Source: a virus
Lineage: Duplodnaviria; Caudoviricetes
Direction: 5' to 3' (one strand)
Virus record (IMG/VR): IMGVR_UViG_3300036807_000101
Location: 1-34,680 of that record
DNA: 34,680 nucleotides
Below the pieces are notes generated by a model that saw nothing but the letters and a program-made list of their open reading frames with translations, did not search any database and was not told the DNA's origin. Below, piece after piece: positions 26,418-34,680 of the stretch (positions are counted from its first letter, which is position 1; the number at the start of each line of letters is the position of its first letter). The position numbers were made by a program, and so were the translations under genes.

Positions 26418-26819
26418 ATGGGCAGAAAAATTAAAAAAGCAATTAAAAAAGTAATACCTAACGAAGTAGTAGCACCTTTTGTACCATCACCACCAGCAGT
26501 GGTTGAACCAGAGCCTATTCCAGAACCAACCCCAGATCCAGTTAAAGAAAATATTTTAAAAGTAGCTGGAACAGTTGCTGGTACTACAGAACCTGTAACA
26601 TCGATAGATGATTTAACAGTTAATGCTGAACCAACTCCAACACCTACTCCAGATCCAGTTGTATCTGATCCTGTACCAGTTGAGGAAACACCAACGGAAA
26701 CTGAAGAAACAGCTCAAGCTGTACAGCGTAAGAAAAAAGGTCGTAAGTCACTAATCAACACCAGTTCCACTGGTCTTGGTGGTAGTGCTACCGTTTATAC
26801 TCCAACCCTTCTAGGTTAA
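26418..26819 (+). CDS. T7 gp7.3-like small virion protein (TLLG C-terminus)
   Basis: GGAG RBS; MGRKIKKAIKKV start like T7 gp7.3; KKKGRKSLIN...PTLLG; directly before portal. Confidence 0.75.
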   Translation: MGRKIKKAIKKVIPNEVVAPFVPSPPAVVEPEPIPEPTPDPVKENILKVAGTVAGTTEPVTSIDDLTVNAEPTPTPTPDPVVSDPVPVEETPTETEETAQAVQRKKKGRKSLINTSSTGLGGSATVYTPTLLG

Positions 26820-26823
26820 TTAT

Positions 26824-28416
26824 ATGCAAGATAAAAATGCAGCAATGCTTGTAGATAGATTTTCTACACTAAAAACTACCAGGTCAACCTGGGAAAGTCA
26901 TTGGCAAGAGATAGCTGATTACATGCTACCACGCAAAGCTGACATTACGCAGCAACGAACTCGTGGAGATAAAAGAAACCAAGTTATTTTTGATGGCACT
27001 GCTATCCATGCACTTGAGTTATTAGGTTCTAGTTTGCATGGTATGTTAACTAATGCAGCGTCACCGTGGTTTACATTAGCTTTTAGAGATAATGAACTAT
27101 CCCAAGATGACGAAGCTCAAGAATGGTTAGATAGTGTTACTGAAGATATGTACACCGCATTTAACCGATCCAACTTTCAACAAGAAGTACAAGAACTGTA
27201 TCAAGATTTAATATCATTTGGTACATCAGCTATGTTTGTATCAGCCGATGAAAAAAGCATGGTACGTTTTAATACTAGACACATTAAAGAAATATACATT
27301 GCTGAAAACGAAAGAGGACAAGTTGATACGGTCTTTAGATTATTTACTATTTCCGCTAGATCTGCGGTAAATCTATTTGGTGAAAACAATGTTGGTGCTG
27401 CTATCTTAAATAAATTTAAACAAGATGTGTATGCCGATGTAGATTTATTACATGTGGTTATGCCACGAGATGGCTATGACGAATCTAAACAAGATGCACA
27501 AAACATGCCGTTTAAATCTTGTTACTTAGATCCAAATGACGTTCACATGATTAGTGAAGGTGGCTTCCGTGAGTTCCCTTATGTTGTGCCAAGATACCTG
27601 AAAGCTAGTTATGAGATCTATGGTCGGTCACCATCAATGAATGCTTTACCTGATGTTAAGATGCTTAACAAAATGTCAGAGGTTGCTATCAAGGCTGGAC
27701 AAAAACAAATTGATCCACCGTTAATGATACCTGATGATGGTTTTATGTTACCTATTAGAACTGTACCTGGTGGCTTAAACTTTTATCGTTCAGGTAGTCG
27801 TGATCGAATTGAACCATTAAATATTGGAGCTAACAATCCAATAACAATAAATATGATTCAAGACCGTCAGCTAGCGGTACAAAAAACATTTTATGTCGAT
27901 CAGCTGTTAACTTCACAAGGTGGCAACATGACCGCTACTGAAGTTTTACAACGTAACGAAGAAAAAATGAGATTGCTTGGACCAGTGCTAGGTCGATTAC
28001 AGTCAGAGTTATTACAACCATTAATAGAACGAGTTTATAAAATATTAGAACGTCAAGGTGTATTTAAACCAGCACCAGAGATACTAGCTCAACAAGATGT
28101 GGAGATCGAATATGTTAGCCCACTTGCCAAAGCCCAAAAATCTGGTGACTTAAATACCGTTATGCGTGGCGTTGAAATCTTTGGAGCTATGTCACAGTTT
28201 GCTCCAGTATTAGATTATCTAGATACTGACGGTTTAGCTAAGTATGTACAAAAAGTATTGGGCTTACCAGCTGCCGTTATGAAATCAGATGCCCAGGTTC
28301 AACAACTAAGAAATGAACGACAACAACAACAACAAGCCCAAGCCGAACAAGAGCAACAAATGCAACAAGCTGAAGCCGCTGGTGCGGCTGCTCCGATGGT
28401 GAAGGCTATACAATAA
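26824..28416 (+). CDS. Portal (head-tail connector) protein
   Basis: WESHWQEIADY, FGTS, YGRSP, MTATEV and EYVSPLA motifs of T7/BPP-1-type portals. Confidence 0.96.
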   Translation: MQDKNAAMLVDRFSTLKTTRSTWESHWQEIADYMLPRKADITQQRTRGDKRNQVIFDGTAIHALELLGSSLHGMLTNAASPWFTLAFRDNELSQDDEAQEWLDSVTEDMYTAFNRSNFQQEVQELYQDLISFGTSAMFVSADEKSMVRFNTRHIKEIYIAENERGQVDTVFRLFTISARSAVNLFGENNVGAAILNKFKQDVYADVDLLHVVMPRDGYDESKQDAQNMPFKSCYLDPNDVHMISEGGFREFPYVVPRYLKASYEIYGRSPSMNALPDVKMLNKMSEVAIKAGQKQIDPPLMIPDDGFMLPIRTVPGGLNFYRSGSRDRIEPLNIGANNPITINMIQDRQLAVQKTFYVDQLLTSQGGNMTATEVLQRNEEKMRLLGPVLGRLQSELLQPLIERVYKILERQGVFKPAPEILAQQDVEIEYVSPLAKAQKSGDLNTVMRGVEIFGAMSQFAPVLDYLDTDGLAKYVQKVLGLPAAVMKSDAQVQQLRNERQQQQQAQAEQEQQMQQAEAAGAAAPMVKAIQ

Positions 28417-28426
28417 GGAGAAAACT

Positions 28427-28669
28427 ATGGTGGATGAGCAACAAAATCCTAACCAAGAAGATCAACAAGAAAAGATCAATCAGTTGGTAACTGATTACAA
28501 AACTACTTTTGGTACTGAGAATGGTGCAAGAGTATTAACTGATTTGCAAAATCGATGTCACATGTTTAACACGACTAATGTTAAAGGTGATGCTCATGAG
28601 AGTGCTTTTAACGAAGGACAACGAGCTGCAATATTATTTATAACCCAAATGATGAATAGGAAAATATAA
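28427..28669 (+). CDS. Bbp19-like protein
   Basis: DYKTTFGTENGARVLTDL...AFNEGQR; lies between portal and scaffold. Confidence 0.8.
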   Translation: MVDEQQNPNQEDQQEKINQLVTDYKTTFGTENGARVLTDLQNRCHMFNTTNVKGDAHESAFNEGQRAAILFITQMMNRKI

Positions 28670-28785
28670 TGGAAATTTTAAATTATTTAAAAAAAGCACG
28701 AGAACTATGGCTAGCTTTAAAATCTAAATGGAAAGCTCTCAGTGTAATAGCAGCTATAATTATAATTTATTTAATCATAACATAA
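28669..28785 (+). CDS. 38-aa membrane peptide (not in ORF track)
   Basis: MEILNYLKKARELWLALKSKWKALSVIAAIIIIYLIIT; TAATG coupling, AGGA RBS; fills the intergenic gap exactly. Confidence 0.7.
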   Translation: MEILNYLKKARELWLALKSKWKALSVIAAIIIIYLIIT

Positions 28786-28795
28786 GGAGACTACT

Positions 28796-29623
28796 ATGTC
28801 AGAAGATCAGGTAACGGCTGGTGAACAGCAAAGTCAACCGTCTGAAACAACTGCAAGTCCAGAACCAGTAGCAGAAGCTACTTGGAGAGACAGTTTACCA
28901 GACGATATAAAAGGTAATACTTCATTAGAAAAATTTAGTGACGTATCAACATTAGCCAAAAGCTACATCAACGCTGAGTCAATGATTGGCAAAGATAAGA
29001 TGATAGTGCCAGGTGCTAATACTACTGAAGATGAATGGAACGATATTTATACCAAACTTGGTAGACCATCGACACCAGATGAATATAATCTAGAACTAGC
29101 TTTGCAAGAAGGTGAAGTTGCTGATGACCAACTGTTTGCATCCTTTAAAGATGCAGCACACAAGAATGGGTTATCACCCCAACAAGCTCAAGGCATTTTA
29201 GATTATTATAATAGCATCAGCACACAAAGTTTAAATGAACAAAGTAATGCTGGTGTGTTAGCTCAAGAACAAAGCTCACGAGAGCTGCGTGAAGAATGGG
29301 GTCGTAGTTATGATGACAACTTATCTAAAGCATCACAAATAGGTAAACAATACTTAGGTGAAGATGCGTTCCAACTGCAAATGGCAGATGGTTCTATGTT
29401 AGGTGATAATGCTACTTTGATAAAAGGTTTAGCAAAATTAGCTATGGTCATGTCAGAAGATACGCTTGTAGGAGATAAAGACTCTGTTACAAGTAACGCT
29501 GGTGTGCAACAACAATTAAATGATTTAACCAAACAAGGTAGTGCATATTGGAATAAGCAAGATCCAAACCACGATGCTACCGTACAAAAAGTTTATGCTT
29601 TAAGACAAGTTCTTACAGGCTAA
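28796..29623 (+). CDS. Capsid scaffolding protein
   Basis: Acidic; WRDSLP, LAKSY..AES.IG, KLGRP..PDEY and LREEWG motifs; precedes the capsid gene. Confidence 0.85.
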   Translation: MSEDQVTAGEQQSQPSETTASPEPVAEATWRDSLPDDIKGNTSLEKFSDVSTLAKSYINAESMIGKDKMIVPGANTTEDEWNDIYTKLGRPSTPDEYNLELALQEGEVADDQLFASFKDAAHKNGLSPQQAQGILDYYNSISTQSLNEQSNAGVLAQEQSSRELREEWGRSYDDNLSKASQIGKQYLGEDAFQLQMADGSMLGDNATLIKGLAKLAMVMSEDTLVGDKDSVTSNAGVQQQLNDLTKQGSAYWNKQDPNHDATVQKVYALRQVLTG

Positions 29624-29629
29624 AATATT

Positions 29630-29735
29630 TAGAACAACTGCTAGTCAGCTCTAAGTGACGATAGGGAAAGACCCATCACCTACCAGGTGTAAAATGCAAG
29701 CCAACCCTTTACAGGATAATTGACTGTAATCAAAA
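29630..29735 (+). ncRNA. Candidate structured leader RNA of the capsid gene
   Basis: Consecutive short inverted repeats (TAGA..CTG/CAG..TCTA; GTGA..GGG/CCC..TCAC; CACCT-acc-AGGTG) in a 144-nt gap that is GC-rich relative to other intergenic regions. Confidence 0.4.
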
Positions 29736-29767
29736 CTTTATTAACTTAAACCACGAAAGGACTTATA

Positions 29768-30640
29768 ATGAGTTCAGAAATCACAACTTCATTTGTAGAA
29801 CAGTATTCTTCAAATGTTGCTATGCTTGCACAACAAATGGGTAGCCGTTTGCGTGCAGCAGTTGATGTGGAAACAATCACTGGAAAGAATGCATTTTTTG
29901 ACCAAGTTGGCGTAACAGCTGCTGTTCAAAGAACATCAAGACATGCGGACACTCCACAGATTGATACTCCACATTCAAGACGTAGAGTTAGTTTAGCCGA
30001 TTACGAATGGGCTGACCTAATAGACGATCAAGATAAAGTAAGAATGTTAATCGATCCAACTTCTTCTTATGCAAAAGCTGCGGCTGCTGCAATGGGAAGA
30101 TCAATGGATGATGTTATCATTGCTGCTTTAGGCGGATCAGCAGACACTGGAGAAACTGGATCAACTGCGGTTGCTCTACCTTCTACTAGTAAGTTTGCAA
30201 CAGGACAACAATCTGATGGATTAACTATAGCTAAATTAATTGCAGCTAAAAAGTTTTTCGATCTTAATGACGTTGACCCTTCAATCCCTAGATTTATTGT
30301 AGCTGGTGCTACGCAGATGTCAGATCTGCTTGGTACTACTCAAGTTACTTCTAGTGATTTTAACACAGTCAAGGCTCTAGTTGCTGGTGACGTTGATACC
30401 TTCATGGGTTTCAAATTCATCATGTCAAATAGACTAGCTCTTGATGCAACAAATACGGATGATAGAAAAATCTTTGCTTTCACACAAGATGCTATCAAAC
30501 TTGGCGTTGGTAAAGATATTACCGCTAAGATTGATGTGCGTGCTGACAAATCATATGCTACTCAAGTTTACACTTGCATGAGCATTGGTGCTGTTAGAAT
30601 GGAAGAAAAGAAAGTTTTCCAAATTCCGTGTGACGAATAA
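29768..30640 (+). CDS. Major capsid protein
   Basis: FVEQYSSNV..LAQQMGSRLR, DTPHSRRRV, DLIDDQDKVRMLIDP and FMGFKFI motifs. Confidence 0.95.
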   Translation: MSSEITTSFVEQYSSNVAMLAQQMGSRLRAAVDVETITGKNAFFDQVGVTAAVQRTSRHADTPQIDTPHSRRRVSLADYEWADLIDDQDKVRMLIDPTSSYAKAAAAAMGRSMDDVIIAALGGSADTGETGSTAVALPSTSKFATGQQSDGLTIAKLIAAKKFFDLNDVDPSIPRFIVAGATQMSDLLGTTQVTSSDFNTVKALVAGDVDTFMGFKFIMSNRLALDATNTDDRKIFAFTQDAIKLGVGKDITAKIDVRADKSYATQVYTCMSIGAVRMEEKKVFQIPCDE

Positions 30641-30658
30641 TAGATAGGAGAATAAATT

Positions 30659-31138
30659 ATGGGTACTAAAAACTCAACTTTAGTGGCTAATTTTGAAGCT
30701 GTTCCACAGGTTCATAATAGTGCTGGACTTCTACATGGCGTTGTTCGTGTGGCACAAGGAACTATAGCTCTTGCTGCTGGTGATAGTGATGACAATGATA
30801 TTGTTATGCTAGCACCAATACCAAGCAATGCTGTTGTGTCTCAAATATTTGTAGGTTCAGATACGCTTGGCGGATCTTGTACTTTCAATGTTGGGATTTA
30901 CACAGCTGCTGGTGCAGTAGTAGACGAAGATTTATTTGCAAGTGCAGTAGCTGACGCTGGTGCAATGGCAGATGTTCGTTTCGAAGCTGCAAACATCAAC
31001 ACAGCTGGGCAGAAAATGCACACGCTTGCTGGTGATTCAGTAGATCCAGGTGGGTATTACTATATAGCTGCAACTATGCAAGCTGCTGGTGGTACTGCTG
31101 GTGATATGTCTTTCAACATTTTATATGTTGTTAACTAG
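30659..31138 (+). CDS. Putative capsid decoration/cement protein
   Basis: AGGAG RBS; beta-rich 159-aa protein between the capsid gene and a terminator-like hairpin. Confidence 0.6.
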   Translation: MGTKNSTLVANFEAVPQVHNSAGLLHGVVRVAQGTIALAAGDSDDNDIVMLAPIPSNAVVSQIFVGSDTLGGSCTFNVGIYTAAGAVVDEDLFASAVADAGAMADVRFEAANINTAGQKMHTLAGDSVDPGGYYYIAATMQAAGGTAGDMSFNILYVVN

Positions 31139-31151
31139 ACACTAAAACTAT

Positions 31152-31186
31152 AAGGGCAGTCGTTATGCGGCTGTCCTTGTAATTTA
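31152..31186 (+). terminator. Hairpin/terminator after capsid genes
   Basis: AAGGGCAGTCG-ttatg-CGGCTGTCCTT (11-bp stem with two G-U pairs); weak T tract. Confidence 0.6.
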
Positions 31187-31204
31187 ATATTATTAAGGAA
31201 ATTT

Positions 31205-31771
31205 ATGACATCACAAGTTGGTATATGTAACGGAGCTTTGAATCAATTAGGAGCTTCAACCATATTAGCATTAACCGAAGACTCTAAAAATGCACGAGTG
31301 CTTAACCAAAGATATGAGATGGTACGAGACAAAGTGTTTCGTGAGCATCCATGGAACTGTCTATTAAAAAGAGTTAGCCTGGCACAAGACACTGATAAAC
31401 CAGCCTACGAATATACTAATCAATACACCCTACCTTCAGATTGTATTCGGGTATTGAAAACTTTTGAAATGAAAGATGATGTTGATTTCAAAGTAGAAGG
31501 TAGAAAAATATTAACCAATGCTACTACGGTAAAAATTTTATATGTAGCTAGAATTACAGACACGACACAATATGATACGTCATTAGTCGAAACTTTGTCA
31601 GCTGCTATTGCAGCCGATATAGCTTATGCCATTACTGGCTCAACTACTTTGTTGCAGTTAATGGAACAAAAATATTTAGAAAAATTAAAAGATGCTAGAT
31701 TTGCTGATGCTACTGAAGGTATGCCAGATGAACTAGACGCAGACTTTCCATTTATTGCATCGAGGTTATAA
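31205..31771 (+). CDS. Tail tubular protein A (adaptor)
   Basis: ICNGALNQLGA..I, HPWNC and YTLPSDCIRV motifs. Confidence 0.88.
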   Translation: MTSQVGICNGALNQLGASTILALTEDSKNARVLNQRYEMVRDKVFREHPWNCLLKRVSLAQDTDKPAYEYTNQYTLPSDCIRVLKTFEMKDDVDFKVEGRKILTNATTVKILYVARITDTTQYDTSLVETLSAAIAADIAYAITGSTTLLQLMEQKYLEKLKDARFADATEGMPDELDADFPFIASRL

Positions 31772-34560
31772 TGGCTCGATCTGCTTATGCATTTACTAAT
31801 TTTACCGCTGGTGAACTATCACCTCGTATGGATGGTAGAACTGATTTAGAAAAATATTTCTTTGGCTGTAAGACTTTAGAAAACATGGTGGTACATCCCC
31901 ATGGTTCTGCTAGTCGTAGACCTGGCACACGATTTGTGTCGGAAGCTAAAGACAGCAGCACTGCTAAAAGATTAATACCGTTTGAGTTCTCAACCACACA
32001 AACCTACATGCTAGAGTTTGGTAATTTATACGTTAGGTTTTATAAAGATAACGGTATCATTACTGAAACTGGCAAAACTATATCAGCTATTACCAAAGCT
32101 AATCCAGGTGTAGTTACAGCTAACTCTCATGGTTACTCTAATGGTGACTATGTTATCTTAGCTGGTATTGTGGGCATGACTGAACTGAATGGTCGACAAT
32201 TTAAAGTGGCAAGTGTGTCAACCAACACGTTTGCGTTACAAGATACGGATGGCAATAATTTTAATACGTCAGCTTTAACTACTTACAGCTCTGCTGGTAC
32301 AGCATTTCGTATTTATCAAATTACTACAACTTATGCTACGGCAGATCTTTTTGAACTGAAGTATGCTCAATCTGCTGATGTCATGTACATCACGCACCCA
32401 ACCTATCCTATTAAAAAATTAACTCGTACCGATCATACTGCTTGGAGTTTGAGTACGGTGACATTAAACACAGGCACAAACTTTACCGTATCAGCAGTAA
32501 CTAAAGCTAATCCAGGCGTAGTGACAACCTCAGCCGATCATGGTTTTGCTGAAGGTGATTTTATTACGTTTCGTGATATTGGTGGCATGACACAACTTGC
32601 TGACGGCACAGTATTTAAAGTTGGTACAGTACCTAATGCTACTACGTTTCAGTTACAAGATGCAGCTGGTACAAATGTTAATACCAGTAGTTTTGGTACA
32701 TTTAGTGCTGGCGGTAGTGATGTGGTAGAAAAATTAAACAACCCAATAATCGGTACAGCTGCTAATAACTTTCCATCTTGCGTATCGTTTTTTGAACAAC
32801 GCTTGGTGTTTGCTAATACTAACAATAATCCACAAACATTGTTTTTTAGTAAATCAGGTGACTATGAAAACTTTACGACAGGCACGAATGCTGATGATGC
32901 TATGATCTTTACGATTGCATCCAATCAAGTAAATGCTATTCGATATTTGTCAGCTGCTCGATCTTTGCTTGTTGGCACAGTCGGTGGTGAATTTTTAGTT
33001 ACAGGTTCTGATACCGTTGATGGCTTGTCACCAACTAATATTAATATTCGTAAACAATCAACGTATGGCTCGGCTAACAAAGATGCTATCTCTGTTGGCA
33101 ACGTAACTTTGTTTTTACAACGAGCTAAACGTAAAGTTAGAGAACTAGTTTATAACTATGATAGTGATAACTATGTTGCACCTGACTTAACAATATTGTC
33201 GGAACATGTTACGGAAAGTCTAGTTAAGGATATGGCTTACCAACAAGAACCAGACTCAGTGCTATGGGTAGCACGAGAAGATGGAATTTTGGCTGGTATG
33301 ACTTATCAACGTACTGAGAATGTAGTGGCTTGGCATAGACATGTTATTGGTGGAAAAGCTGATACTGGTAAATTATCGGCAACTGACGTTATTGGATTTA
33401 CTTCTAACTCAACTAATGTATCGACAACTAATAACACCATCACGTTATCATCACATGGTTTGTCAACTGGTAATGTCGTTTCGTATTTTACGTTAACGAA
33501 TGACATTGGTGGATTAAGCCAGGGTATTTTTTATTTTGTTATTGCTAGTGATAGTAACACTATCAAACTTGCCACCACGGCAGCAAATGCTACAGCTGGC
33601 ACAGCAATAAGTCTTACATCTACTCCAAGTTCTGATACAACACAGTATATTTATAAAGGAGTAAATGTTCGTAATGGTACGTTTTATGTTGATAGCCACG
33701 GCTTTGGAAATGATGATTATTTATATTATTATCCGTCAAATTCCAGCCATGCTTTAGGTGGTCTAAGTACAAATACAAAATACTATGTTGATGTTTTAAC
33801 CGATGATACGTTTAAATTATCAACTGCTAGTGATCTTAGTTCTTATATTACTATAAGTTCTGTTAATACTACTGCTGCTACGCATAAGTGGTTAACACAT
33901 GCTAAAGTAGAATCGGTGGCAGTAATCCCATCAGATGCAGACGAAGATCAACTATATCTTATTGTAAATCGTTTTATTAATGGTGCTACTCGTAGGTATG
34001 TTGAATACCTAACACCATTTGATTATGGCAATAGCCAGATGGATGCATTTTATGTTGACAGTGGTTTAACTTATTCTGGTGGTAAAACTACATCAGTATC
34101 TGGCTTAAATCATTTAGAAGGTGAACCATTAGATGTGCTAGTCAATGGTGCAGCTCATGTTGAAAAGACCGTAAGCTCAGGTGCAGTGACTTTAAGTTAT
34201 GCAGCTGAAAAAGCTACCATTGGTTTAAACTATGAATCAGTTTTGCAAACTATGCGGTTAGAAGCTGGTGCTGAAGATGGCACAGCTCAAGGTAAAATAA
34301 AACGAGTACATGGTGTTACTATTAGATTACATAAAACTTTAGGCTGTGAAGTTGGCTCAAGTTTAGATGATATGGAGATTATACCATTTCGTGATAGTTC
34401 TATGTTGATGTCATCAGCAGTGGAATTATTTACAGGTGATAAGGATGCTGAGTTTAGATCAGACTATGAAAAGTCTGGACATATATTTGTCAGACAAGCA
34501 TCACCGTTGCCATTAAATATTATTGCAATCTATCCAAGGTTAAATACTTTTGACGGTTAA
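31771..34560 (+). CDS. Tail tubular protein B (nozzle) with inserted repeat domains
   Basis: NFTAGELSP, RRPGT, QSADV, FFEQRL, AWHRH and YVDSG motifs. Confidence 0.92.
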   Translation: MARSAYAFTNFTAGELSPRMDGRTDLEKYFFGCKTLENMVVHPHGSASRRPGTRFVSEAKDSSTAKRLIPFEFSTTQTYMLEFGNLYVRFYKDNGIITETGKTISAITKANPGVVTANSHGYSNGDYVILAGIVGMTELNGRQFKVASVSTNTFALQDTDGNNFNTSALTTYSSAGTAFRIYQITTTYATADLFELKYAQSADVMYITHPTYPIKKLTRTDHTAWSLSTVTLNTGTNFTVSAVTKANPGVVTTSADHGFAEGDFITFRDIGGMTQLADGTVFKVGTVPNATTFQLQDAAGTNVNTSSFGTFSAGGSDVVEKLNNPIIGTAANNFPSCVSFFEQRLVFANTNNNPQTLFFSKSGDYENFTTGTNADDAMIFTIASNQVNAIRYLSAARSLLVGTVGGEFLVTGSDTVDGLSPTNINIRKQSTYGSANKDAISVGNVTLFLQRAKRKVRELVYNYDSDNYVAPDLTILSEHVTESLVKDMAYQQEPDSVLWVAREDGILAGMTYQRTENVVAWHRHVIGGKADTGKLSATDVIGFTSNSTNVSTTNNTITLSSHGLSTGNVVSYFTLTNDIGGLSQGIFYFVIASDSNTIKLATTAANATAGTAISLTSTPSSDTTQYIYKGVNVRNGTFYVDSHGFGNDDYLYYYPSNSSHALGGLSTNTKYYVDVLTDDTFKLSTASDLSSYITISSVNTTAATHKWLTHAKVESVAVIPSDADEDQLYLIVNRFINGATRRYVEYLTPFDYGNSQMDAFYVDSGLTYSGGKTTSVSGLNHLEGEPLDVLVNGAAHVEKTVSSGAVTLSYAAEKATIGLNYESVLQTMRLEAGAEDGTAQGKIKRVHGVTIRLHKTLGCEVGSSLDDMEIIPFRDSSMLMSSAVELFTGDKDAEFRSDYEKSGHIFVRQASPLPLNIIAIYPRLNTFDG

Positions 34561-34680
34561 TTATCGAATAGAGTCGTTTGCAGCAGAACATGCTAATCGA
34601 CTATTAAATTCAGGTGAAGTAGAAGATTTTAAAATTGACTACAATACTAAAACTTTAGAATGCCAAGACAGTTGGACTGG
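34550..34680 (+). CDS. Partial gene (5' end), probably a gp13-like/GNAT-fold protein after the nozzle gene
   Basis: Open frame from TTG 34550 to the window end (MTVNYRIESFAAEHANRLL...DSWTG); function inferred from position only. Confidence 0.45.
   Translation, partial: MTVNYRIESFAAEHANRLLNSGEVEDFKIDYNTKTLECQDSWT

Overview
This window is most of the genome of a low-GC, temperate podovirus with a BPP-1/HTVC010P-like virion module. It is in its excised (attP-intact) form, and the host is very probably an alphaproteobacterium. From left to right it holds: internal virion genes; two modular tail fibres; a lysis cassette plus a trio of exported proteins; attP carrying the 3' end of a tRNA (probably tRNA-Asp) and a tyrosine integrase; a leftward early operon (exonuclease, Sak-type annealase, SSB-like protein, LexA-like HTH, C5 DNA methyltransferase); a cI/cro-like switch; a rightward replication operon; and terS, terL, portal, scaffold, capsid and tail tube genes. 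I recognised no DNA polymerase, primase, RNA polymerase, reverse transcriptase or CRISPR array. The most striking observations are: (1) a dual-coded C5 methyltransferase whose missing motif IX, plus four WxTP repeat modules, lies in a 290-codon ORF nested in another frame of the same strand; (2) four small Lys-rich proteins between terL and portal that all end in TL[LM]G-COOH and surround a GNAT-like gene, one of them missed by the ORF track; (3) a perfect alphaproteobacterial LexA box in front of the early operon, next to a repressor lacking obvious self-cleavage motifs. All product calls come from motif recognition by eye, without database searches.
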